In this document: in pieces, positions 37,101-48,181 of the stretch
Position numbering within the stretch: position 1 is the stretch's first letter
Layout of the letters: every line of letters begins with the position of its first letter
Assembly (NCBI GenBank): GCA_047495785.1
Contig: JBLDXI010000003.1
Location: 2,232,001-2,296,000 of the forward strand
DNA: 64,000 nucleotides
Reading direction: 5' to 3'
DNA from: Lepidodermella squamata
Lineage: Eukaryota > Animalia > Gastrotricha
Made by a program: the position numbers and the translations under genes
The notes under the pieces: model-generated
What the model was told of the DNA's origin: nothing
Seen by the model: the letters and a program-made list of their open reading frames with translations, nothing else
Databases searched by the model: none

Positions 37101-38546
37101 AAAATGTAGAAATTAGCTGCTCAGTTCCATCTTTTGCCAATTTGGCGAAATTTTATAGTTAGGGTAAGGTTACCTGAATCTGAATAAAAGTTTTCCACTT
37201 CTTTCAAACGCTTGCCACTCTAAGCTCATATTTTGACCATAAACAGTCAGAAAACATTCCAGTAAGCTCACAAAATCTCATGAGCCAATTCCTCACCGTA
37301 CCGTCAGGTAACCGTACCAACTCAAAATTTGAAATAAAATATCATTTACCGAGTGGTGAATGCGATGCTCCACATTCTGCTTGTCTCTCGACGTGATGTA
37401 GGCGGTTTTTTCAATCAGCCTCTCGATATGATCAATCAAGCGTTCGTCACCTTCGAATTTCAATTCCAGCATAGCATTCTTTTGAGGCTCTTCAAAACGC
37501 TGAAGCTAGAGAAATAAGGAAAATAAATACTGGAAATCCATGATTATGGCAGATTTACCTTTAGGTCAAATGATTTGACTTGATCGTAGATAACCTTAGC
37601 CTTGCTCAAATCTTCAAAACAAGTGGGATTCAAATTTATCGTCTTCATTTGATCAGCAATTTGGCGAATCGGCGCGACTTCATCGACTTTCACGTTTTCT
37701 TCAACCAATTTACGCCGATGTTCCATGCGATCGCGAAGATTTTCCTTCATTTTCGACCGCCCACTTTCGATTGCAACTCGAAGTTTTTCGAGCAGAGAGT
37801 CGAAATGTGAATCGATGTCAGCGCTCAGTTTCATTTCCTCTTGAGCCAAAGTTTCAAAAGCGACCGCAGATTTTTCGGCGATTTTTCGAGATGCATCTTC
37901 TGAAGTAAATTAGAAAAACTTAGGAAAAAAATAAGAAAAAAATAAAAAAAAATACATTCAATGAAATCCAGCTGCATTCCAGTCGAATTCGATCGGCATG
38001 AGCTTTCGAGCACGGTTCGCAAAATTCCTTACGGCAGTGGGTGCAGGCGATCATTTGAGGAAATGAATCATCCTCATGAGGGCACCTTTCACCCGGAACG
38101 AAATACGTCTTTTTCATCAGGGCTTGAAAAGCTTTGACCATGTTCTTCAAATGCTGGTTCTTTTCATAACCTAATTTGGATAATATTTTGATGATTTGAC
38201 AAATTTGCTCAAATAACTTAACCTACCGCAATCAGCCTTATTAGTCATCTGATTTTGTCGATGACAATGAGGGCAGTGAATGTAGGACATTTCGGCCTTT
38301 TCCAGCAACGGCAGAATGCAATTGTAGCAAATTGTGTGGCCGCATTCGTGTAACAACATCGGCTTGAACATCACATCCATGCATACCGGGCACTCAAAAT
38401 TCTGGAAAAATAAAGTTTTAATCTCGCAAATTAGGTCGGTACTTCAAATAATCCACCTTAAAGAATGAAAGATCGACAGGAGCACCATCAGCCGGCTCAG
38501 ACTTGCCAGGTTTCAATGTCAGCTTCCCTCCAGTCGAAGCCAACAT
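31175..38546 (-). CDS. TRIM-like RBCC-ankyrin protein, copy D (divergent; possible nonsense codon in exon 4)
   Basis: Exons 38546-38457, 38401-38227, 38170-37956, 37918-37559, 37505-37350, 32266-31175. RING CPVC..CGHTICYNC..CPHC. The only phase-compatible exon-4 acceptor I found gives TAA at 37910-37912. Confidence 0.7.
33350..34250 (+). mobile_element. Non-LTR retrotransposon fragment: apurinic-like (EEP) endonuclease of ORF2
   Basis: LRVLQWNAEG..PDVILLNESHL..GGVVILV..GYNP..GDLNA..NGRIL..PT..LDV..SGH (degenerate SDH). GC-rich; truncated before the RT. Confidence 0.85.
34497..34750 (+). mobile_element. N-terminal fragment resembling KRBA2/SCAND3-like integrase transposase
   Basis: DRFMAELRNLRQNAGKNHFLFDKERDKRIEDIRAAKK..HYRIYTVDSVDRLV resembles the N-terminal helical region of these proteins. 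No catalytic core is seen. Confidence 0.4.
35473..37100 (+). pseudogene. Degenerate ORF beginning with a PB1-like domain (probable TE-borne gene)
   Basis: MAKLKVFCGSVAK/(frameshift)YFIS..LREKIGASFRL..FSLSYRDGDDDFLLTEESELVDAI matches the PB1 basic Lys plus acidic OPCA pattern. Downstream frames are broken by stops. Confidence 0.5.
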
Positions 38547-39150
38547 TTCAACTGATTAATAAATTACCTAAATTATCAATTAGGATCTGGATGAAATTCG
38601 TTAGTCCTATTCGATTTCTACATTCCAATCGGGTTCCAATCGATTTTATCGAATATTTCATGAATTATTTGAAATTACCGTGAAATTATGAGTGAATTAT
38701 TGCATAAATCGGTAAGATTTTTTCCGAGGGTTTATTATTAAAGAGACCATGGAAGTCGCGTGGCAGGAATGATAAAAAATTATTTAAAAAACTTCTAAAA
38801 TCAGAGGTCCGAAAATACAATTAAACAAAAGAAACTCAACAATTTATTGAATAAATTCTTCCAATTAAATTTTTCAAATCGAAACGTCACCCTTAATGTT
38901 TTTGAAGTAAAGCATTATTTCAGCCTCAGCTTCGCGATACTCTTTGATAGCCAGCGTAACAGGTGATTCTCCATCGTCATTCATCCCATTTAAAAGGTCC
39001 GGAAAATTGACGCATAAATACTCGACAACGTCCACATTTGCCGCAAAATGCATGACGTTATTCCCATCTTTGCCCAAACAACACGGGTCAGCTTTACACT
39101 GCTCGATCAAAAATTTAACAATGTCCAAATTGCCGTGAGAAGCACCGACG

Positions 39151-39420
39151 GGGCTCCATCCAGATGCCCGAACGCATTTGACCGAAGTCATATGCCCGAA
39201 AGCAGGTGGACGAATGCCATTTGCCCGAAAGACGCTCAGCCGAATACGATGTAGCCGATTTCAATGCCAGTCAGCCGATCGGCAGGTGGCCGATTGCCAT
39301 TTGCCCGAATGCTAAATTGCCCGAATGTAATTTATCCGATGAATAAATGACAGAATGACACTTGGCCGAATCGTGATTTTCGAAATTTTTAATAATTGCC
39401 CGACTGTCATTTGCCCGAAA
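39151..39420. mobile_element. Transposon end with CATTTGCCCGAA-like subterminal tandem repeats
   Basis: Repeats (ATTTGCCCGAA, ATATGCCCGAA) of about 15-bp period start right at the break in the ankyrin frame. Confidence 0.7.
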
Positions 39421-39443
39421 AAGATTGGAAAATCACTTGCCAA

Positions 39444-39628
39444 TCGACATTTTACCTTTAAGGCAGTCCACACCTGAAACTAAGGTGAAATTGAACGACC
39501 TTTTGAAGCCAAAATCATAAATCAGGTGTGAAAATGATTGCCTCGGCCTGATGAGTAACTTGGCTTCAAAAGGTCGTTCAATTTCACCTTAGTTTCAGGT
39601 GTGGACTGCCTTAAAGGTAAAATGTCGA
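39444..39628. repeat. Perfect 69-bp inverted repeat with 47-bp spacer
   Basis: 39444-39512 is the exact reverse complement of 39560-39628 and contains TTAA|GGCAGTCCACACC. Confidence 0.9.
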
Positions 39629-42399
39629 AAGTGGACGTTGACTTCTCGGTCGCCTATCGACCACTTCTAATAATGCTAACCGGGCAAATTTAGTGTCAAA
39701 ATATCGGCCGTCTCTCAGTATAGCGATGACCCAAAGCCCGACGCTGTAACCAATAATCGAAGCGCTGGCGCCAGCGATTTACGTGATCGATCGATTTGTA
39801 ATTAGTTCAGTTTCTTACTCCAGGACAATGAGTTAATCCCCTGCCATATATGGCCCCCATGGCGTTCCATATTTTTGATGGCGAGTGAGCACTCTATCAG
39901 CTCTATGGCGGCGATTGAAAAAACCAAAATTTAACTGTTTACGCACTCAATTATGTGACGCAACAATGGCTGATGAACCAAAACTGAAAAGTTGAAATAT
40001 ATTTTTTTACTTTTTCATGATGTTCATTCAAGCTATTGCTTTTAAATTTGAAAATTCACCTGAAATCAAGTTACTAATTATGCAAAATGATACAAAGAGG
40101 TACAAAGAGGATTACTAAATTCTAAATTCAGTGATTCTCTAGCCGCGATTTTCCCGCCGCTTTTGCCTCTTTCTTTGCGGTCAGCAGAGGTCCGCATGTT
40201 TATCACTAGCATATCGCGCGCGTTTTGACTTCAAAAGTATTTGAATCTTAAAATCGCTATTAGACCTTACCTATTTCATAGTTCATAGTTCATATTTTAT
40301 CATTTCATAATTCTAAAGCTTTTTTGGTCATTTTCACGCGTCCGCTTGAACAAACATTCTACATTTTTGACGAGCGGCGATTCGGCCGGAAAGGTTCCCA
40401 CCCGGCTGCAATTTTTGAGAGTTTACGAAAATAGGTTGAGGACCTATGTTCGAATTAGGGGACTGTTATCGGTCCAAATATTTGCACCACTAAATATGAG
40501 GCTTCAGCACTAATTTTGAGCGTCCTGGAACTACATTTCATGTCAAATGTCAATGTCAAAATGTCAAATTGTTCATGAATTTTTTCAAATTTTAATTTTT
40601 TTTATCCATGCTATGTGATTTTTTTATTCCCTCGTTAATCGTAGTCAAATCGGCGCCTTTTCCGACGAATAGCTTCACCATTTCTAAATCACCATTCCCA
40701 CAAGCATCTTGAAGGGGCGTCTGTTCAACGCAGTTTTTCACCTCCAGATAATCAGGAATTGTTCGGTGAAGCAAATTCAAAATTTCAGACGAATTCTTTC
40801 TATCTGGGCATTTTACAATAAGGTGGAACAAATTATCTCTTCCGCGAGTTTTGACGCTGCAATCAGCTCCTTTTCCGATGAGATATTCCACAATTTCGAG
40901 TTTTCCCAATTTCACAGCCGCCATAATCGCAGTCCGGTCTTTTTTATTGACAGCATTCACGTTGAGATTCAAATTTTCAACCAGATATTTGACCATGTCG
41001 AAATTACTTCTGCAGGCCTCGTTGAGAATACCGCTGTCTTCAGCTGCCATAAATTCGCTCAATTCCTTCGAAATTTCGAGTAAATACTTCGTAATTTCGA
41101 TCTGCCCGCCTCGGACAGCAGCAATAAGTGGGTTCGTACAAATTTCGTAGCAGTCACCCAGCCAGCTGTAGTAAGGCCGCATTTCCGCGCCCATTTCAGT
41201 CGTGAGAAATTTCAAAATTTCCAGTTTTCCGTGAAAAGCTGCGGAACAAATCGCGGTCTGCTGCTCGGCGAGATTTCGGTGATTAGCCATGTAATTTCCG
41301 CAGTTTGGCGGTAATTTCGAGTCGAGGCAGATATTTTTCACAAAATCCAAATCACCTTGGGAAATAGCTTGGTAGAAGCTCTCAATTTCAGCAGGCCGTA
41401 AAGCGCTATCATGTAACTATTGAAAATCCATGATAAAATAAATAACGCAATATCAAGTGGAAAATACCATTTTCAATTCGATCGAAGGGCCAGAGTGGCA
41501 TTTCGGCGGATGGGTTTTAATGCAAGCAGCTTGGCCTATTAGCCGTGTAATTCGATTGAGAACGCCAGAATCCGTTTTGAATTCGATCTTTGGTTTGAAA
41601 GCGGAGGAATTCGGATTTTCCATATTTTTCAGCTAAAATAAAAAAAATTGAATAAAAATTCCAATCAAAACTCCCACTGGTTTTGTCAAATAATCAAATT
41701 GTTGGAAATTTTCAAATTAAACAAAAATTCGTTCGAATCCAAAACCGAAATCTTGGCGATCTATTTAATGCATTGTTCCTTCATAATTTAGGCCTAATTT
41801 CGCAATGGCTATAAATCCACCATCAATTCTACCATCAATTTTGGGACTTTACAGATTGGCTAAGCGTGTATTCCTCCCAAGTTGCGTGATTTCGCAAACA
41901 GTCGACCGTGTCCTCCAGCTGGAATTGCTAACATCGTGCAAAAGTCCTCCCGAATGGGCCCTTCAGCTGCTCTCAAAACAGTACAAGCACGTCGGCTCAG
42001 TCCGATTCAGTTTTGCGTCAATGGTCTCGAGGAATTGTCTTATATAGAATCTGATTTAGAAAATAACAAAAATTTCAGAATTGCCAATTTGTCAAATTGA
42101 TAACGACCAGAGCAATGTTTCAACGAAATGCGCGTTTTTTTCTGAAGTAAGAGCAAACTGTTGTGGAAGGAGCTCAAATCCGGCAGAGTTCCGGCAGAGA
42201 AAGTGCTCCCCGGACAGCCGTTCACATGATTACTGTGAATAGGCCCAAAGCAGGCAGAATGTGGCCGCCGCGATCTCACCATCGTCTTCCGCCCAGGGTA
42301 GCTCATTATGAAATTCGCCGATGTACGGCGACAATTTCAATTCCTCTATATATACGTCGGCCCCCAGCCCAACCACGCCGAAAATCAGCAATATAATTA

Positions 42400-42900
42400 C
42401 AACCAGCAACAGTGGTGTATTCGCGAGGACTACAGCAAACTCTATGGTACACTTTCACAACCTTCGGAAAATTTGATCTTGGGGGAAGTCAAGAGTTCGC
42501 GGCGCGCTGTGCCGGTCTTAAACTTAACTGACGGTGCGAAGGCAACTACGGATCGAGAGAAAGCTCAGGCACTTGCTGATAGCTGGGCTCCTACCTTTCA
42601 GTTCGCAACGCGTAACTCGCCGCATTCGAGCGATCTTATTTTTTGGGAATCGATCGATAAAGCTTGCGATGCCGATGCGGAGCTAAAACCGGTACAGTTT
42701 TTACCACACACCCTAGCGGTAAGCCTCGGCCTTCCCGCAGCCGTTTTTTGCTGGGTGTCTGATTTCTTGCGCAGTTCTCGGGTTAAGGTCAGTGATACCT
42801 TTAGTGATTCGTTTGAATACGCTTGTGGCGTTCCGCAAGGTAGCCCTTTGTCTCCTATTCTATTTATCATCTTTACCGCTGCTCGTGCTTTATTTTTCAA
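42400..42900 (+). mobile_element. Non-LTR retrotransposon reverse-transcriptase remnant with internal deletions
   Basis: ATTDREKAQALAD..F and WVSDFL..RVKVSDTFS..GVPQGSPLSPILFIIF. Confidence 0.85.
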
Positions 42901-44644
42901 ATTTCGCGAGTTGTTCCCAGTATTATGTAACAACAAAAGATCAAGAGCTAGAAACCTACAACCTGCATCTTCTTGGCGCCCCAGCTAATAGCTGTGCTTT
43001 TTCGGTGGCCTAGATTAATCTAGCGCGTTCCCGTGCGAAGTTCCCGTCCGTTCATCGGATGGCTGAAACGTCAACTTCCAGGTCCCCCATATACCGCATC
43101 TTTTGGAGCGATATACCGTACTGTATCTCCATGTATCCTCAATCTTCAGTTATTTTAATTGAACACTTTCCAGCCAGTGTTTTACATTTCCGTATTCCGT
43201 ATAGGTAGAAATACCACGATGTCGATCAACTTTCAGATCAACGGTTGCGACGAGAGCACTGCAGCGCGAAAATTTCAAGCGGCTAGTAGCTGGTCATGAT
43301 GTAGATAGCCACGTGACTGTCGATATTTATTCCGTAATTCACGAATGCGCACCACAAACCGAGGATACGCGCCGCCTACTAGGCCGGCTGTTTCATGGAA
43401 AAAAGGACAAGGGTAAAAAAACAAGGTCGTCTTGAAACGAGGCGATAAGGTGCAAATCAGCGATGCGATAAGAGACCCCCGCTCTTCGCCGAGTTTGTCG
43501 TATAAACTGTTTCCCTTTTCTGCGCTTTTCTGTTTGCCACTACGAAAATACCTTCTCTACCTTCTACCTTCTCACGATCAGAAACTGGGACAAAGGAACC
43601 CGAGTTGCCTCGTCGATTTCGGGACTTGGGTCAACTTTGTCCGACTGATTTTTGAAGCTCTGTAGGAAAGATAAGAAAGACGCTTAAAAATCCAACATCG
43701 ACGACGCAAGCGGAGGACTACAATTGCTTTAGCGTAGGAGGGCGAAAATAGTAGAAAGGTCTGGCGGAGATCAGTGGTCTTACTGGCCGCTATTGCAGCT
43801 GGTTCGGTATCCTCAAATGATAACAGCCTCGCTTAATAGCTCAAAAAATTCACATAAGTACCAGGCCCAAGGTTAATAATTATGTGCGTCGAATAAAACC
43901 CGCTCGGATAATTGCCCACTTTTCATAATTTTTTTGACCTCGGAAAAACAATAATAGCCATCGATATTATTCGATACTTTCTCCACTAACGGCAAGTTAC
44001 GGCAAGCTGCATTTAATATGAAAAATCGAGAAAATCATTTTCGAAGATTTTCAGATTCAAAATTCAAATCACAGCTTCGAAATAAATAAAATTGTAGAAG
44101 TCAACTTGAAACCGCAGTGAATTTGAAAAATATGGGTTCAAATCACGTACCTTTTGTTCGAAATTCCATACATCCGAATAGAGTTGATCTGCCGTGGAGA
44201 GCGCATTGGATCCGGAACAATAATTGGGTTGATCATAAGCCTTCAACTGTTCGATGATCGAATTTAGTCGAGTTTCTTCAGCTCTGAAGCTATCTTCAAC
44301 CAGTTGCTTTCGCGCATCGATGATATCGGTATGTTTTTTCAACATTTTGCTTCGATTTTTCTCGATTTCAAACTTAATTGAGGCCAGAAGGTCATCATAA
44401 AACGAGTTGACCTTGCCGGTTAGTTCTTCTTTGAGACAATCAAGTTGTTTCCGGGTGTTGGAAACTTCGATATCGGACCTTTTCTGACAAACTTCAACGC
44501 GTTGGGAAAACTGTTGAAAATAATTAAGAACAAATTAAAATAAACAGAAAGATTGGAAATTCTGGAAAATTATAAATTAAAAGAGACGTGTTTGGGCATT
44601 AATTTGTTCAAAATTTGCCAAATTGGAATTTTGAATTATTTTCA

Positions 44645-44760
44645 GGTGGTTCGACTTTTGGCGCCGTTTGAAAAGTGGACGAAAATTCTTCAGATGGAGT
44701 CTTCAACTTTATCGGACGTTATTCCAATGGTCGCCTCTATCAATTCATCCTTGAAATGAA
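44645..44760 (+). mobile_element. hAT transposase fragment
   Basis: VVRLLAPFEKWTKILQMESSTLSDVIPMV matches the hAT L.PF...T..L....T.S.VIP motif. Confidence 0.65.
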
Positions 44761-44939
44761 CACGGTGTTTTTTGAAATTTTCAAAATTTCGAGGTTGATA
44801 TTTTAGTAGCCCGGGCTGCTATAGGAACAAATACGGAATAGGTCTTCAAAACCGAAAAACCCCCAAATACCCAAATATCGAAATACCAAATATTTGTTAT
44901 TTGCCCACCTCTGTAATTCTGCTACCCACCTCTGCTAGG

Positions 44940-45230
44940 GGAGGAGACCATTGTTTCTGTCGAAGATGCATACGACGAAACTTTTATAAAGCGATACGAG
45001 ATCGCCGCATCAAAGATCATTGAGTCCGTGCATCCGTCGCTGCTCAATCTAATACGAGCGCCTGGTATCCGCGGTGACACGCTAAGGAATCTATTCGCTG
45101 CTACGGCTAAGGTTACTATTCGTACGCAACTCTTCACGTCAAGAATCAACCAGCTCGAAATCGGGAAACATGTGAAAGATTTTACCAGTCTGGTCGATCA
45201 ACGCGCAAATGCCGGCGAAGTCCTTTGCAC
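44940..45230 (+). mobile_element. Ty1/Copia gag-like fragment
   Basis: AASKIIESVHPSLLNLI..LRNLFA..RTQL..HVKDFTSLVDQ..AGE resembles the Copia gag (UBN2-like) region. Confidence 0.5.
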
Positions 45231-46499
45231 CCGCTTCTCTTCATCTTTTACTGTGCTGGCATGCAACCTGTGAGAGTCAACCCCGACGATCGCCGAAAAC
45301 TCGTGGTACTTACGCCTACGACGCAGCAAACTTTACGAACAATGTGTCTCGCGGCTTCAATCGTATTGAAGTCGATTCAACCTCGATAAACCTCGATGGG
45401 CTCCAAATCGGGGGGAATTTTATTCATTCATGGCTAGCCATAGAGTATTCCCTTATTCCGCTCATGCCGAGAGCAACGCCGTGGCATTCATTACGTCTGG
45501 TGAAATTTTATTCCCAGTAAATTTATTAAATAATTGATATTTTTGCGGGTGTGATCGAAAGAAAATTCGCCCAAATTTTTATTAAATTTATAAAATTTTT
45601 GAGAAAACCTGAAAAGTATTGCTTTTGCGTGGCAAGTGAAAATATTGCGAAATGCAGGAGATGTAGCAACTTTCAACATAGGGAAACTTTGTCAATTCCA
45701 ATTTCATTCTCATTTTTGAGAAATGAAAGCGAGACTTTCAGTTCCTTAACGAAACTTGAATTTTTCTTCAAAATTCAAGTTATACACTTATTATAACTCC
45801 TCAGAGTCGAATCGTCCGATCGGCATCTACTGCCGCAGAAGACGAAATCAGGACCTGTTTCTGAAGAAAAACTTCCCTTTTTTACGAATTAGAATTTCAA
45901 TAAAGTTGAATGATGCGATGACGTTGAATGAATTAAGAGAGAAAGACGAAAATAAAACACGAACATTTCGGGTCAATTTCAGACCCAAAACGAAACGAAA
46001 ACGATTTTTTTAGGACGCCTAGTGCGAAAATTCGTTTCATCCCTTATATTATTTCCCGTTGTTCTCTGGCGATCGGTTCGCGATGGGAAAACACGATGAC
46101 GATGACGATGGCCATGAGAATTACACAGACAACGACATCTTCGCTTTGGTGCGCGTTTTGAAGCAGTATCCAGCTCGTAGAAACACCGCGTTTTACCCGC
46201 TTCGCCGTGAAAAGAACAACGCCAATCCCAGCGTCATTTCAGTCTACCATCGTTTGAAATTTGTTGGAAATAATCGTTTGAAATTAACGCGTTCAGTCTA
46301 CCATCGCAGAGATCTACCATACGTTAAAAAAAAACTGGCGATGGACTTCTCCCAAGTACACTAGGACCATCCAACTCTCAGGTCTGAGTGGAACGAGGAC
46401 CGCATCTGCGCGTCCTTAGACTAGCTGATTCGTGATTCAGTCTCGCTTTACTGAAGCAGAATGCTGGAAGCAAATGGAAGCCGGTCAAATCGGTTGACA

Positions 46500-46700
46500 T
46501 TTCTGTCCGCATCAACCTACGACGCCGTTGCTTTTGTCACTGATGTATGGTCAGACGCGAATTTGCAGAGGTCCTATGACATTTTTCTTTCTCGAAATAA
46601 CCGGCGACACTTGGTCGCTGAATCACGCGCAGTACATGTGTGCTCATTTTCCCGAAAAGAAGACCGCTGAAAACCTCGAGTCGAAACGTTAACGACCTCC
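46500..46700 (+). mobile_element. hAT transposase fragment (first catalytic Asp region)
   Basis: VAFVTDVWSD..RSY followed, after a frameshift, by TAENLES. Confidence 0.55.
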
Positions 46701-47412
46701 AGAGACAGGTCATCGACAATGTGCGAATTGCGTCGCCTGGAGGATGGATCCGCAGTTTTTGATACCATCAATTAAAACTGGATTCAGTCGATCCGGTCAG
46801 TTGGCCAAGTTGATTCCAGACCGCACTCATTAGGATCCGAATTTCCAACGAATGCATTTTTGGTTCGTAAACTCAAAGGTCATTCGCGATGATGATAACA
46901 AAGTTCGACTCCGCTTGAGGTGGGCAACTCACGTATTCTGTGCCTGATGTGTGCTTCATAATATTGCAACATCCCGAAGTCAGCGTGTTAATGATGAGGC
47001 TCGCATCGTTTTCCCCCTCATCTAAAGCGCTTGAGGGTATAGCGTAGCAGGCTTTGCTCGTCGGCGTCAACTAGTCGCGTTTTTTTAATGAAATTTTGAC
47101 GAAACTCATTGAATTGATTGAACTCAAGCTCGGCTTCTTCATCTCAAATTTAGCGCGGTTAAAACGAGACAGATATAGTAGAAATTCTAACAGTCTAAAC
47201 AGAAATTCTCGATTTGTTCAGCCTTGTTGCGTGATCGACTTTGTTCAAAAATCTATTTAAAAAAAGTTCGCCAAAAATAGTTGAATTTTGCCATATTTTG
47301 TCGTTATCAGCCAAATTTTTTTTACATTCGAAAAAATTGTCTTAAATGAGGTCAAACATGAAATTTAAATAAATTTATAAATTGGACGTCGATTTGGTTC
47401 AAAAATTATATA

Positions 47413-48181
47413 CCGTAACGAGTGGTAACTTTGGAAAAAACGTTTTTTCGAACATTAAAAATCAGCCTTTGCTCCTAAATTTCAGGAATTTTTACCAAAG
47501 GTGGGGACGGTGATTCTTGAATTTACTGCAAATTCTAGAAATTTTTAGAATTTTACCTGACCTTTGGCTAATTAATATGTGTTCCGGTAACTTTGGACAA
47601 TTAGAGGGTAGTTTTGGACACTCATTTGCATATGCAATTTCATTGCAATTTCATTGTGAATTATCTATTATTCATGGTTTTTTATTTAATCTTGGGTCAG
47701 ATTTCGGAAAAAATTATGAACAGATGGCGCATCATCTGTTTCTCGGAAGTCCAATAAAAATACGTTTCTGCGCAGCAGCATACTTAACCCGTCCAAAAGT
47801 GTCCAAAATTACCCCAATTTTCACCTGTTTTTCAGGTAAATATCCTGCTAAAACGCGTCGACGGATTGTCATTTTTTCTTCGATTATAGGGAGAGTAAAT
47901 ATAGGAGAATGCTCATGCCAATTTTTATTGAAAACTGTTCGATTTTTAGAAAGATAGAAGGGGGGTCCCAAAACGGCACCCAAAGTCTAACTGCTTGCAA
48001 CTTTTTCTGAAATCCGATTTCAGCTCCAATCGTCTTGATTTTTATTTCAAACGAAAGCTGAGGAGACGGAGAATTTTATGCAAAAACCCCCATGATTTAA
48101 ACGTTCAAGCCTGAAAAGCTAAACACCCGCAAAGCCGAAAGTTTCCAAAGTTACCGTGTCCACATTCATCACACGTTACGG
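47413..48181. mobile_element. Tc1/mariner(pogo)-type MITE related to 25331-26509 and 62700-63230
   Basis: TA|CCGTAACG ... CGTTACGG|TA, with shared internal blocks (TTTGGACAC..CTCATTTGCATATGC, AAAGCCGAAAGTTTCCAAAGTT). Confidence 0.8.

Noticed and set aside
39546-39640. Hammerhead ribozyme core (CTGATGAG ... GAAA)
   Set aside because: I could not form stems II and III around the core; CCTGAT simply pairs with ATCAGG in the hairpin spacer.
46059-46364. MADF-like start (IFALVRVLKQYP)
   Set aside because: The conserved Trp residues are missing and the ORF runs into a local duplication, so it is unsupported.
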